Shown here: positions 45,384 through 55,275 of the stretch, in pieces
Layout: each line of letters begins with the position of its first letter
Position numbering within the stretch: the first letter of the stretch is position 1
DNA from: Escherichia coli
Lineage (GTDB): Bacteria; Pseudomonadota; Gammaproteobacteria; Enterobacterales; Enterobacteriaceae
Direction: 5' to 3' (one strand)
Length of the DNA: 64,000 bases
Assembly: GCA_023061495.1 (NCBI GenBank)
Contig: GCA_023061495.1_3643.1
Notes under the pieces: generated by a model
What the model was told of the DNA's origin: nothing
What the model saw: the letters and a program-made list of their open reading frames with translations, nothing else
The model's database searches: none
Position numbers and translations under genes: made by a program

Positions 45384-46472
45384 TTAAAACTCCCAAATTT
45401 CTTCTTCAGCGTCGTTAACAGTTGTGTTGACGCGGTAGTCAGTGTTCGACATTTCTTGGTTCGCCGTCTGTTGCAATGAAGGTTTCATCCACACCTGCAT
45501 AAACGGTAGCGGGTCCTTTGTTGGCGGCACAAAGTCTTTGTCGATGTCGTAATAATCATAAATCGGTGAGCAGTTATAGTCAACCCATTCTTTAAGCAAC
45601 GGTGAATTAAGACCTATAATCGCTCTTCCTTCGCTGAAAATATAGTCACTCCAACCGTACTCCTTGGTCCGCACTTCGTCAAGAATTTCTTTTAACTCAC
45701 CCTTAATCTCAAGAAAGCTTTGCTCCCATGCAGGATCATCAAGCAGGATATCGATGATAGCAAAATCACCTTTCGAATGCAGCATTTCATCAAGCATAAT
45801 TTTTTGAACAAGTTGTGCCACTTGAACAAAAATACCTTGCTCAGCTACTGCGAACGTACATGCAAAACTTGCAATAAACTCAATACTTTCTAGGGCTAAA
45901 AGTGCAAAAAGTGCTCTAAGGATACATTTCCGTACAACATCTTCTTCAACACTGGAAGGATCCAGTCGGTATTTTGCACCAATAACCTCAAGCTCTTGCA
46001 TATATTTGACAATAACTCCAGATCTGCTCAGCACGTTCTGGTTTTCCTGAATCTCTTCTATAATCTCGCGAGCATTAGGAAGGCATTGTCTAACAATCTC
46101 TGAGTAAGTTAGTGCATGAAGAACCTCAATCTCAGACTGCTTCATCAACAAGGTGAAAAGTTCACTGTTGGTGATAAATGGTGAAAACAGACAAATGATA
46201 GACCTTGCTGCAACACTGTCTGCCTCCCATTGCCACATCAGTGTCTGCACCATCACATCGTAAGTTGACTTTGAGCATGTTACGAAATCAGAAATAGACT
46301 GTGACAAATCTACTTCGTCCTCTGCCCAATCTTGTTCTTTTTGTTTTTTGTATAGTTCAAACAGCTGTGGGTACTTTTTGTTAATAGAGTCGTACATCCC
46401 CATCTGCTGTCCTAAAAACAGCGGATAATCACCAGTTTTATGAGCAGTGTTCTCAGTATTAAATACAGCCAT
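45384..46472 (-). CDS. nrdB: Ribonucleotide reductase small subunit (class I)
   Basis: Iron-ligand-like E..H blocks (EIEVLHALTYSE; DEMLH); size and position next to nrdA. Confidence 0.75.
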   Translation of the reverse strand: MAVFNTENTAHKTGDYPLFLGQQMGMYDSINKKYPQLFELYKKQKEQDWAEDEVDLSQSISDFVTCSKSTYDVMVQTLMWQWEADSVAARSIICLFSPFITNSELFTLLMKQSEIEVLHALTYSEIVRQCLPNAREIIEEIQENQNVLSRSGVIVKYMQELEVIGAKYRLDPSSVEEDVVRKCILRALFALLALESIEFIASFACTFAVAEQGIFVQVAQLVQKIMLDEMLHSKGDFAIIDILLDDPAWEQSFLEIKGELKEILDEVRTKEYGWSDYIFSEGRAIIGLNSPLLKEWVDYNCSPIYDYYDIDKDFVPPTKDPLPFMQVWMKPSLQQTANQEMSNTDYRVNTTVNDAEEEIWEF

Positions 46473-46480
46473 TATTCTAC

Positions 46481-46506
46481 CTCTAAAATGGGGCCGAAGC
46501 CCCTTT
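46481..46506 (-). terminator. Hairpin plus U-tract between nrdA and nrdB (terminator or attenuator)
   Basis: GGGGC-TTCG-GCCCC followed by ATTTT on minus strand. Confidence 0.4.
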
Positions 46507-46510
46507 TAAA

Positions 46511-48826
46511 TTACAGTGCACAACTTTCGCAATACGGATCTTCAACTGAACTATCTGCAATCAAAGGATAGTTCTTTCTGGTTTCATCTTCAGCCTGTTT
46601 CTTCGCGTGAAGCTCCTCTGTCAAAGAGTCACCAGCACCAACCCGAGAGTTTAAGTAATACCATGTCTTCATCCCGAATTTAGTAGCACGGATAAGATAC
46701 CCAAGCTGCTCCTTCATTGAAATTTTACCATCTTTCAACTTGGTGTAATCAATATATAGGTCAGCACTGATTGCCTGTCCTGTGAATTTTTGAATCACAG
46801 CATACATATCAATCATGTCGTTAGTATCAACGTCCCAAGCCGAGGTATAATACTCTTTCAGTTCATCATATTCAGGAACGATAAACAGCACCTGCCCTTG
46901 TGGCGACTTTTTAAAGATAATGTGCTCACGGACAGGATAAACCCCGTTAGTTGTGTTTGTTGCCAACGAGGAGCTTTCATTAGGCATATATGCTTCAAGA
47001 ACGCTATTACGTAGTCCACCGTTTTCAATAATTTCTTTACGTAACCCTTCCCAATCCTGCTTAAGAGAAGGATCTTTCACCACACTATCGACCTCTTTGT
47101 TATAAGTGTCGATTGGTAACCAACCCTCTGGGTATTTTGTTTTATGCATCCACTCGCAGACACCACGCTCTTTTGCCAATCGTAAACTTGCCTTATGCAA
47201 GCTGTAGCTGTGAAGCTCTGCAAGATCGTGAACAAGCTGTTTACTTTCAGGAGACCCGTAAGCAACCTTGTGGCTGGCAATAAAATGTGCAATATTGGTA
47301 AGGCCAACCCCGATGGATCTGCGTTTTTTAACAGTGCTCTCCATATTTTCATACGGATATGTCATGATTTCCATAACATTGTCAATCATAAGCACAGTGT
47401 AGTATGCAACATCCTCATACTCCTCTGGGGTAACCCTTCCAGCTACAAGGGATGATAGGAAGCACAATGCAACCTCACCATCATCAGCATCGTACTTGAA
47501 GATATTACGCATATCTGAATAGCCTTTTGTCGGAAGGGCTATCTCTGCACACAGATTACTTGAATAGATTACATCTTTAAAAGGTGTATGCCTATTCATC
47601 TCATCTGTCCAGTACACATACAGCCTGCCTACCTCGGTACGCTGCGTGATCAGTTCAACAGCAAGGTCTCTAGCACGGATCCATGTTTTAGGAATGCTGT
47701 CATCTTTAGCGATACGATCAACCTCTGCATCAAACTCCTCCATAGACATGGTGAAGATACCCTCGTGCAGTTGAGGTGCGTGCTTATAAGAAACAAGCAT
47801 CCAATCTAAATTCTTAGCCACACGGTTGATAAATGATCTATTAATACCTATAGAGTAGTCCATAGTGTTGATTCTTTTTGAAGCAACAGTCATAGGGTTT
47901 CTCAAACGGATCAGTTCATCAATCTGTGGATCTAGCGCAAGGAATGATACCGTTGCCGAACCTCCGCGTGATTGTTGTCTATTCTCCTTAACCCCAGCAT
48001 CAATGCCTCGATAATATGGAAGCTTACCCATATGTTTAATAGTGTTACCACGAACACCATCACCTGCAGATCTTGATGATAGATAGTAGCCAATACCTGC
48101 TTGGTTAACCGTCATTGTGTACGCAACTTCACGTGCCACACCAATAGATTTTGCTGTATCGTCCGCTCTTATTACGCAACAAGATGCATACCCTGTCTTA
48201 CCTGTGCGTAGACCGTTTAAGTACGGTGTCGGGGCATTAATCTTCAAGTCCGACAGATAAGTGTATAATTTTACAACATCGTTGATACGACGTTCTTTCG
48301 GCATATTCTTCATGACAGCCATTGCTATCCCCATAAACATCATCTGGGGAGATTCAAACAGGGTGTCTTTAAGAGTATCCTTGATCCCGTATTTGTCGCG
48401 AAACTGTTTAAGGACTGCATAGCCATAACCGAGATCTTTACTGTGATCAATAACAGCGTCTAAAGTGTTTAACTCGGTAAAGCTATAACCCATATCCTCC
48501 CAATACCCTTTATCAACCATGGTATTGTAAAATGAGGGTAAGGAAGGGATCTTTGTAAATCCTCCAAAAGCCTCTTTATAAATCTGACCGATAAGAACAC
48601 GACCAGCCATACGAGAATGGGCTTCGTCTTTACGGCTAACACAGGAGTCTATGATAGCTTGGTTAACTTCTTTGGTTGTACACCCATCATACAGCCGTTT
48701 GTATGCATCAAGTGCAATATGTGACCAATTGCCGTTACCGTCGTCACCGAAAATAGCTGCCTTATTTAAACGTTCTGGATCGAATGCCGCTTCACATCCG
48801 TTGCTTTTAATTACCTTGGTGATCAA
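46511..48826 (-). CDS. nrdA: Ribonucleotide reductase large subunit (class I)
   Basis: ATP-cone-like N-terminus VIKSNGCEAAFDPERL; active-site block SSNLCAEIALP; TTG start preceded by GGAGG. Confidence 0.85.
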   Translation of the reverse strand: MITKVIKSNGCEAAFDPERLNKAAIFGDDGNGNWSHIALDAYKRLYDGCTTKEVNQAIIDSCVSRKDEAHSRMAGRVLIGQIYKEAFGGFTKIPSLPSFYNTMVDKGYWEDMGYSFTELNTLDAVIDHSKDLGYGYAVLKQFRDKYGIKDTLKDTLFESPQMMFMGIAMAVMKNMPKERRINDVVKLYTYLSDLKINAPTPYLNGLRTGKTGYASCCVIRADDTAKSIGVAREVAYTMTVNQAGIGYYLSSRSAGDGVRGNTIKHMGKLPYYRGIDAGVKENRQQSRGGSATVSFLALDPQIDELIRLRNPMTVASKRINTMDYSIGINRSFINRVAKNLDWMLVSYKHAPQLHEGIFTMSMEEFDAEVDRIAKDDSIPKTWIRARDLAVELITQRTEVGRLYVYWTDEMNRHTPFKDVIYSSNLCAEIALPTKGYSDMRNIFKYDADDGEVALCFLSSLVAGRVTPEEYEDVAYYTVLMIDNVMEIMTYPYENMESTVKKRRSIGVGLTNIAHFIASHKVAYGSPESKQLVHDLAELHSYSLHKASLRLAKERGVCEWMHKTKYPEGWLPIDTYNKEVDSVVKDPSLKQDWEGLRKEIIENGGLRNSVLEAYMPNESSSLATNTTNGVYPVREHIIFKKSPQGQVLFIVPEYDELKEYYTSAWDVDTNDMIDMYAVIQKFTGQAISADLYIDYTKLKDGKISMKEQLGYLIRATKFGMKTWYYLNSRVGAGDSLTEELHAKKQAEDETRKNYPLIADSSVEDPYCESCAL

Positions 48827-49131
48827 TTTGCTTCCTCCACTTCATCAACGTATTTATCAAGGCAGGTATCAGTGTCTTGTTGGATAAAAGTATCCTCTTC
48901 TACAGAGATATTTATAATTTTACCTGTATATTCATCATAATAAACATCATCATACATTTTAATATCGTTTGTCAGACCGTTGAACCAAAGCCAACCAACA
49001 TACTCTGCCCGACTTGCAAAACCAAGATCCTTCCACTTGGAGTTATGACTCATCTTCACCACCTTAGCTTTCAATACCGAATAATTTTTCCAGGCGATGC
49101 AGATCTTCAAAATTGAAAGGTTCATCAACAA
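48823..49131 (-). CDS. Hypothetical protein
   Basis: ORF track. Confidence 0.45.
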   Translation of the reverse strand: MLMNLSILKICIAWKNYSVLKAKVVKMSHNSKWKDLGFASRAEYVGWLWFNGLTNDIKMYDDVYYDEYTGKIINISVEEDTFIQQDTDTCLDKYVDEVEEAN

Positions 49132-49564
49132 TATGAATATCTTCAGCCTTTTCAGATTGTTTTGTATACTTTCTCACATTAACACGATCTTCTACGGGGA
49201 TATCATACGGAAGATCTTGAACAAGCATTGCCTCACCGGGTGCTTTATCTACATCTAAAATATCTACACCGTTATACATCTGCGGGTATCTAAAGTCTGC
49301 ACGCATGACACCAGCAAATACATCTGCCTTTCGATAATGGGTTGGCTTATTTTTGCATCGAACGTTTTTTCCACGAAGAACATCAATATTTTTTAAATCA
49401 AACCCTACAGCAAAGAGTGCAGCTCGGAGACCGTTTCGTGTGCGAACGTTAAATCCGGGAACAGTAGATAGGAAGTCTAAAGTAACTGAAATAAATGTCT
49501 TTTTAGGAATCATAACATTACTCATATCTGTCTCCATTTCTGGCTCACCAACAAAGTGAGCCAT
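49064..49564 (-). CDS. Hypothetical protein (weak dUTPase/dCTP-deaminase-like resemblance, unverified)
   Basis: ORF track; only weak motif similarity. Confidence 0.4.
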   Translation of the reverse strand: MAHFVGEPEMETDMSNVMIPKKTFISVTLDFLSTVPGFNVRTRNGLRAALFAVGFDLKNIDVLRGKNVRCKNKPTHYRKADVFAGVMRADFRYPQMYNGVDILDVDKAPGEAMLVQDLPYDIPVEDRVNVRKYTKQSEKAEDIHIVDEPFNFEDLHRLEKLFGIES

Positions 49565-49623
49565 TATTATAGACTATCTAATACTATTAGTCAACACAAA
49601 AGTTACCTATCGCTGTGATAGGA

Positions 49624-50607
49624 TTAACCTTTCATGAAGTGGTTATTAAGCAGCTGTCTGTGCTGAACCCACCCACAAAAGTTGGCAGACCAGAATTTAC
49701 CATCACGGTCTTGATGGGTTACACCTTCCTGCCAAACACAGCTGTCCTGTGTGATTTCACATGAAGACAGGTAGTAGTTTAAACGTTCCATCGCGTTATC
49801 GTGATCCATAGGTGTTGCCTGGTGCTCGTAAGGGCTTGCATGAATACGATCCCCACCAATCAATTTTTTAGCCACACTGTCTGCCTTTTCAAACGTGCTG
49901 TCAATATTTCGATAAGATACTTGTGCACAGCAACTAGCACTAATAGACAGAGCTTCTTTAGTATCGAGAATGCAGAGCTTTCCTTCTGTGTCACGTACAG
50001 CGTAGTTAAACTCTCCGTCCAAATAAACATGCTCTACATATGGGGTGTGCCATTGACCCGGTTTAAGGATTTCAGGAGTGCTATTCATAATAGCATCCTG
50101 CATGCAATTAGCCAACATCTGAATCGTAGGATCCGCATCGTGCCAGCAACGCAGGTGGAAAAAATTATTCCACTCGGTGCTTGTTACAACTGTTTTCATG
50201 CGCTGAAACGGCTCTACTAAGCGGTTACATACTTGCTTATGGTAACCAGCAAGGGCGAACTTCTCTGCATGCCAAGCGGCGTTTTTTGCAGCTTCTTTCC
50301 AAAACTCTTCAGGGGTCATCTCCATGTCAGTGTATTCTACACGGATCTTTTGATCGTGTTCCCCTCCATCTTCCATTCCTCGCTTATTTACACCGAAGCG
50401 AACTGGCATTGCCGGATTCTCCACAATTTGCTGCAGCATCTTGCTGACAGGTACTGCACGAGAAGACATAGCGTTTCGGCTGAACATTCGATGTGTCATA
50501 AGCTCTGAGTGAATAATTCGAGGATATTCTAGCTCAAAAGTAGTGATACGCTTACCTTTCTCGGAAATGCTGTCGGCAATAATCTTTGCAGTGCACAGTT
50601 TTAGCAT
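49624..50607 (-). CDS. thyX: Flavin-dependent thymidylate synthase
   Basis: ELMTHRMFSRNAMSSRA fits the ThyX RHR...S signature region; ATG start verified. Confidence 0.65.
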   Translation of the reverse strand: MLKLCTAKIIADSISEKGKRITTFELEYPRIIHSELMTHRMFSRNAMSSRAVPVSKMLQQIVENPAMPVRFGVNKRGMEDGGEHDQKIRVEYTDMEMTPEEFWKEAAKNAAWHAEKFALAGYHKQVCNRLVEPFQRMKTVVTSTEWNNFFHLRCWHDADPTIQMLANCMQDAIMNSTPEILKPGQWHTPYVEHVYLDGEFNYAVRDTEGKLCILDTKEALSISASCCAQVSYRNIDSTFEKADSVAKKLIGGDRIHASPYEHQATPMDHDNAMERLNYYLSSCEITQDSCVWQEGVTHQDRDGKFWSANFCGWVQHRQLLNNHFMKG

Positions 50608-50807
50608 TATTTAGCTCTCCTTGTTTTAATTTTGGAAATTTCGTCTGGGTTTATGTTGGCCTTAAATGCAAGGTATCTGTTAAACATATCGGAGCACATA
50701 TCTTGGGTGATCCTAGAGGCGTACACCAGCTTACCACCCAGATCATACACCTCTAGCCAGTCACCGTATCTGACTACAGGATCGCCACCTTTAGAACATC
50801 TGCCCAT
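50607..50807 (-). CDS. Hypothetical small protein
   Basis: ORF track. Confidence 0.45.
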   Translation of the reverse strand: MGRCSKGGDPVVRYGDWLEVYDLGGKLVYASRITQDMCSDMFNRYLAFKANINPDEISKIKTRRAK

Positions 50808-50808
50808 T

Positions 50809-51402
50809 TCAAATACCTTCTAAAAACTTCCCTATTTTATACCAGCTGTTAGCGGTATAGTCAACACTAACCTTCAACTCCTCGAATTGTTCATAAGGAG
50901 TGTCTTTTAAGATTTTAATAACTTCAGGGCGTGAAGCGAATTGGTTCAGGTATTCATGCCTGTCGTCAATTATAACATCTACAGCCACATTACCTTTGAA
51001 ATGTGTGGCGTAGAAGCCGTGACCCTGGGTGTGATCGTCAAGATCCATAAAATCGCTGGTCCAACGCTTTAAGAACCTTGATTTAGATGCAAGGTGACCT
51101 TTCTTGCATACAGAGATAAACGCAAGCTTGTGACCACGAGCCACCAAATCTTTCATAACCTCAATAGCCCCCTCTTCAGGCTTAAGAAAGTCGTAGAGGA
51201 ACGGGTCACTCCAGAAATCAAAAGGCCCTATGATGTTTTCTTTGGGGCGATCAGGCCAATACTTTGACAGATCGTAATACATCAGTCCGTTAGAAGGTTT
51301 AGCGACTGTCTTGCTGGCTGGACCATATAAACGCTCTAGCCACTCCCACCATGCTGTTCCTGAGTCTACCAGTGTTAAATCTACATCAATTCCGATCAGC
51401 AT
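50809..51402 (-). CDS. HAD-family phosphatase (deoxynucleotidase-like)
   Basis: N-terminal motif GIDVDLTLVD (DxDxT). Confidence 0.55.
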   Translation of the reverse strand: MLIGIDVDLTLVDSGTAWWEWLERLYGPASKTVAKPSNGLMYYDLSKYWPDRPKENIIGPFDFWSDPFLYDFLKPEEGAIEVMKDLVARGHKLAFISVCKKGHLASKSRFLKRWTSDFMDLDDHTQGHGFYATHFKGNVAVDVIIDDRHEYLNQFASRPEVIKILKDTPYEQFEELKVSVDYTANSWYKIGKFLEGI

Positions 51403-51407
51403 TGTTC

Positions 51408-52010
51408 TCAGCCCTCTTTAGCATCAATATACTTGCACACAATCTCAGATGCGCACTCCCAAGGAGCTCCCTCGGGGTTAACAACATCAAACTCAATACC
51501 TTTTATCCCGTTCTTCTCTAGGCTAAGGTAAGTTCTGGAATCATTTCCCCAATCATATCCTGCACGGTGGATACGGAACAGTAGAAGATCGCCACCTGTG
51601 ATGGATGCGTACTCGCCAAGGCATGCCAGCTCCTCTTTGAAGCCACCATCGGAGTAAACAACAACCCCTTTACCTTCAGGGAAATCTTTCTTCAAGGATG
51701 CGACTGCGGCCTTACCGAAAGCATCTTCACCAAAGATAGGTTTGATCAGATTTTCACTACAATGGATCATCCATTCTCGCGGAGAAACATGCTTGCCGTC
51801 TATCATTAAGAACGGGCACGGTTCTTCTTTGTAGCGGCGATCATAGAGTGCATTCCACAACTGTGGTGAAATACCAGCTGCCTTAATTGCCACACTGAAT
51901 AGCATTTCCTTTACCTCGCGGTGATGCGAGTTTGGAATGGCTTCCAACAAAAGATCTGCGATATGGTCTTTTCCAGAACTTGGTGGAGCATTAAGAACAA
52001 TAATATCCAT
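51408..52010 (-). CDS. Deoxynucleoside monophosphate kinase-like protein
   Basis: P-loop-like LNAPPSSGKDHIAD resembling the T4 gp1-type SGKD motif. Confidence 0.5.
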   Translation of the reverse strand: MDIIVLNAPPSSGKDHIADLLLEAIPNSHHREVKEMLFSVAIKAAGISPQLWNALYDRRYKEEPCPFLMIDGKHVSPREWMIHCSENLIKPIFGEDAFGKAAVASLKKDFPEGKGVVVYSDGGFKEELACLGEYASITGGDLLLFRIHRAGYDWGNDSRTYLSLEKNGIKGIEFDVVNPEGAPWECASEIVCKYIDAKEG

Positions 52011-52213
52011 TAAAAACCTCCGTGGTATTCTTCAACTGCATCAATAATACTTTTACACTTATCTACCAGTTCGTTAGCTACTACGGCATCGTCTTCCCAA
52101 ACAGCCTCCTCAATCTGATCAAGCAATGATCGCATCTTATTCATCATTTCTGGGATAAAGCTTTCTGAAAAGCTGTCTGGAATTGTTAACTCTGGTGTCA
52201 TTGCGGTCTCCAA
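52010..52213 (-). CDS. Hypothetical small acidic protein
   Basis: ORF track. Confidence 0.45.
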   Translation of the reverse strand: METAMTPELTIPDSFSESFIPEMMNKMRSLLDQIEEAVWEDDAVVANELVDKCKSIIDAVEEYHGGF

Positions 52214-52228
52214 TCATACTGCACGTTA

Positions 52229-52687
52229 TTAGAAGTTTGTTTTTACACGTCCCTTTTCATCTACTTCGTTGTTAGCTAAAAGCGTTACAAAGTCTGTAAA
52301 ACGAACATGAAGAACTCTTTTCTTATCCAGGTATCCCAAAGCCACGCCTGAGAAATTTAGCATCAAAGGGGCCAAAGAAGCTCTAGCACTGAGATGCTGC
52401 TGCTCCACTCTTCCAACACCCTTAGTATAAGAAGGGTTGAGATTGTAAGTTCTGAATCCAAGTTTTGTTGGAGCTTTAGAATTAAAAACAACTTTATAAC
52501 GTTTCTTACTCAGCTTATGTTCCAGAATAAGCATTCCCTTTTCGCCCCGGATAAGCTGAAAATCTGTAAAATGCTCTTTTAAGACAAAAGGTAGTGCCAG
52601 CCCCATAGCCTGCCCCCTTTGCACGGCTGTCTCACCAAAAGCTTTTGCATCAGTAAGCTCTTTAGTCAAGTCTATACTTTTGATCAT
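52229..52687 (-). CDS. Hypothetical protein
   Basis: ORF track. Confidence 0.5.
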   Translation of the reverse strand: MIKSIDLTKELTDAKAFGETAVQRGQAMGLALPFVLKEHFTDFQLIRGEKGMLILEHKLSKKRYKVVFNSKAPTKLGFRTYNLNPSYTKGVGRVEQQHLSARASLAPLMLNFSGVALGYLDKKRVLHVRFTDFVTLLANNEVDEKGRVKTNF

Positions 52688-53498
52688 ACCTAGTCTCCAA
52701 AATGTATTGTAGTTCTTTCTTGCCTATACTCTTCATTCCAGCAGTCTTACCTGCTTCTTCTTGAAAAGAAGAATAGCATTCAGCAAACACTCTGTCAACA
52801 CCATCAACTAAAGATTTTATGAAATATGTTGATTCTTCAGATTTTGGGTCATCATCTCCCAATACTTTTCCAGCATTATATCCAACACGTCTTATGCAGA
52901 AGTCGTAGTCATCCGGTGTGCTAAAAGAAAATAGCTTATTCTCTCCAATCTCTACAGGATCCCTATTGCACACCTTTTTCTCCCAAATTTGGAAAACACA
53001 TGGCACGTCATAAGGTTTGTCGTTAAGTAAAAACGAGTTCTTGGGGCACCTTTCGCTGTAGATAAGGTGCATTGACATGTCCAGCTTGTTTGCAAAAAAT
53101 ATTTTTTCAAATGTCCGTGGCAAGATGAAGGCTATAGCCCCGCCAGGCTCTAGCAATGATGCACAGTGGTTAAAGAACTTGCAAGCTAAAGACGAATTTT
53201 TGCCGAATGGAGGATTACCTATGAAGACATCAGCCTTAGGGTACACCTCTAAGAAGTTTGCCTTAATACACGGTGTTGGGCCTTCAAACTCAGGATCTGG
53301 TACCAAATCGTACGACAGTATCTCTGAAAATAGTTTTGAAAAAGAACCTTTTCCAGCAGAAGGCTCAACGTATGCACAATTCCCATACCTACCTTTTACT
53401 TTACCAACAAGATATTCTGCATACTCAGGGTCTGTGTAATATTTGTCGTTGGACTCTTTCTTGCTCAAAGTGCCTCCAAAATGAAAAGGGAGGCGCAA
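52662..53498 (-). CDS. DNA N6-adenine methyltransferase (NPPF motif)
   Basis: VEPSAGKGSF (motif I-like) and FIGNPPFG (motif IV); TTG start preceded by AGGGAGG. Confidence 0.6.
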   Translation of the reverse strand: MRLPFHFGGTLSKKESNDKYYTDPEYAEYLVGKVKGRYGNCAYVEPSAGKGSFSKLFSEILSYDLVPDPEFEGPTPCIKANFLEVYPKADVFIGNPPFGKNSSLACKFFNHCASLLEPGGAIAFILPRTFEKIFFANKLDMSMHLIYSERCPKNSFLLNDKPYDVPCVFQIWEKKVCNRDPVEIGENKLFSFSTPDDYDFCIRRVGYNAGKVLGDDDPKSEESTYFIKSLVDGVDRVFAECYSSFQEEAGKTAGMKSIGKKELQYILETRYDQKYRLD

Positions 53499-53513
53499 GC
53501 CTCCCTCTACTTG

Positions 53514-54497
53514 TCAGATTATCTGAATCAGGGTGTTTTTCATCTCTTCTCGGGTACGGATGTTGTTACGATCACGAACAACAGATCCACAACCTTCGCA
53601 GCGGTAGGTTTTAAATGCACTCAGCTGAGTATACGCCAAAGCCTCTTCCTCGTGAAGGTGTTCTCCACCACAACGTGGGCAACGAACTTTTGACTCCTCA
53701 TCTTGGTAGTACAACGACATGTTGGGGTGCTGCTTAGCAAACGGACGCGCCAGCAAATATAGGCCTTCCAGAGACAAGATGTCCCCAACATTATACTCCC
53801 GCATCTGTTTAAACGCCTCAAGATCACCATGAACACACTTGATCCACATTTCAAATGTGTGGTCAATTAGTTTCTGTCGGGCCAGTTGGAAGTATTTACA
53901 TGCATACTCTAACGTGTTTGCATTCAAACGGAATGCCTTTTTAATCATCTTGAGGGTGTCAACCTCTTTGTATGGGCTTGTTGGCGGCAAACCGTGAAAT
54001 GCAAATCGTTGGTTGGCCCACCCACAGTCAAAACCAGAGTTGTGTGCTACTGCTACATCACATTTATCCAGATAATACCACAAATCTTGAATCAGCTCAA
54101 GATCGTTGTGGATATCCTCGCCCCACATTTTGTAATCAGGAAGAGCACAGTCAACCACACTGGGGCTGTCTAACCATTTACCTGCGAAAGTTAGCATATA
54201 GGGCATAATTTCAATACCGCAGGTTTGAATGTTGGTCTTATAATGCCCAAAGAACCAGCCGTTTGTTGGGGATGTCTCTGTATCATACACCCAAACTTTA
54301 GCACCTTTGTGTTCTTCAAGGAAGCGCTCCGTTGCCTCTCCTACAATCTCTGACATATTCTCTTGTGCACGTTTAAGCTGTAGCCGGATCCAGCTCTCAC
54401 GTGACTCACGACCTAGAAATTCACGAGCAATTTGTCTATTGGTGTATCCCTGTTGCTTTAGTGTTAAAATTTGCTCAAGAGTTAACTTTGTCATCAT
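53514..54497 (-). CDS. DEDD-family 3'-5' exonuclease with C-terminal zinc ribbon
   Basis: Exo I-like VYDTETS, Exo II-like AHNSGFD, CPRCGG...CEGCG. Confidence 0.55.
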   Translation of the reverse strand: MMTKLTLEQILTLKQQGYTNRQIAREFLGRESRESWIRLQLKRAQENMSEIVGEATERFLEEHKGAKVWVYDTETSPTNGWFFGHYKTNIQTCGIEIMPYMLTFAGKWLDSPSVVDCALPDYKMWGEDIHNDLELIQDLWYYLDKCDVAVAHNSGFDCGWANQRFAFHGLPPTSPYKEVDTLKMIKKAFRLNANTLEYACKYFQLARQKLIDHTFEMWIKCVHGDLEAFKQMREYNVGDILSLEGLYLLARPFAKQHPNMSLYYQDEESKVRCPRCGGEHLHEEEALAYTQLSAFKTYRCEGCGSVVRDRNNIRTREEMKNTLIQII

Positions 54498-54509
54498 CGT
54501 TAAGATTCC

Positions 54510-54731
54510 TTAGTAAAACTGAAGAATGTCTTTTAAAGCGAAGTCACGATATTCGCCCTTGTCTACATCAAATGCATGCATCAACCACTGATCTTCTTTA
54601 TGATAATCTGTAGAGCCAAACCATAAACTAGGCTCAGTAACGCAGCGATCTGCAACAACACCTTTCCAGTTACGGTATTTCATCCTGATCAGAACTGAAT
54701 CACAAGGATTGAATACCTTTTTCGTCTCCAT
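54510..54731 (-). CDS. Hypothetical small protein
   Basis: ORF track. Confidence 0.45.
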   Translation of the reverse strand: METKKVFNPCDSVLIRMKYRNWKGVVADRCVTEPSLWFGSTDYHKEDQWLMHAFDVDKGEYRDFALKDILQFY

Positions 54732-55275
54732 AGAAATCTCTCTCCTCAGTTTTCTTTATAAACTCCTGCATGTAGGCCTCAATAGCCTCATGCTTGGTGT
54801 ACTCTGAATTAATGACAAGATCGAGATCCGATTCTGCCCGTGCAATAATCGTAGCTTTAGAGCATCTCCTCAAGAACTTTGTCATATCGTCCCTGTAGTT
54901 TTTGTGGAGCGGGAAGTCGCTGTAGTCTTTCTCCAGATAGTCAGCCATCCGGCGCAACGCCTCTGATAAACTGCAATCTGTGTACTCGTTACAGTATTTC
55001 ATCCAGTATTTAAGCACATACCCCTCGAAGGTATTAGTGCATTGGGACAAAACACCCCTGCAACGACCAGTTAGATGATCATGATCTAAACAAGGCTTAC
55101 GAAGTGGTTCACACAAGATCGGATCAAGACCATCCTGCTCTTCTGACAATTCTTTTCGAAAGTTGGCTATGTCCTTAGAATCTTTTAGCCACCCGCTATG
55201 AACGGGGGCCTTGACAGCTTTCTTTCTTATTTTACGCTTTGCGATAATCCCTCCAGATGCGCCCTGCCTATCCAA
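54700..55275 (-). CDS. Endonuclease VII-like recombination endonuclease (no in-frame ATG; TTG at track start)
   Basis: CLDHDHLTGRCRGVLSQCTNTFEG matches the endo VII zinc/HNH-like core. Confidence 0.6.
   Translation of the reverse strand: MDRQGASGGIIAKRKIRKKAVKAPVHSGWLKDSKDIANFRKELSEEQDGLDPILCEPLRKPCLDHDHLTGRCRGVLSQCTNTFEGYVLKYWMKYCNEYTDCSLSEALRRMADYLEKDYSDFPLHKNYRDDMTKFLRRCSKATIIARAESDLDLVINSEYTKHEAIEAYMQEFIKKTEERDFYGDEKGIQSL

Noticed and set aside
46790-47809. Plus- and minus-strand ORFs inside nrdA (46790-47014, 47077-47352, 47195-47455, 47588-47809)
   Set aside because: Overlap the conserved nrdA frame; shadow or alternative-frame ORFs
49064-49564. dUTPase assignment
   Set aside because: Only weak, partial motif resemblance; left as hypothetical
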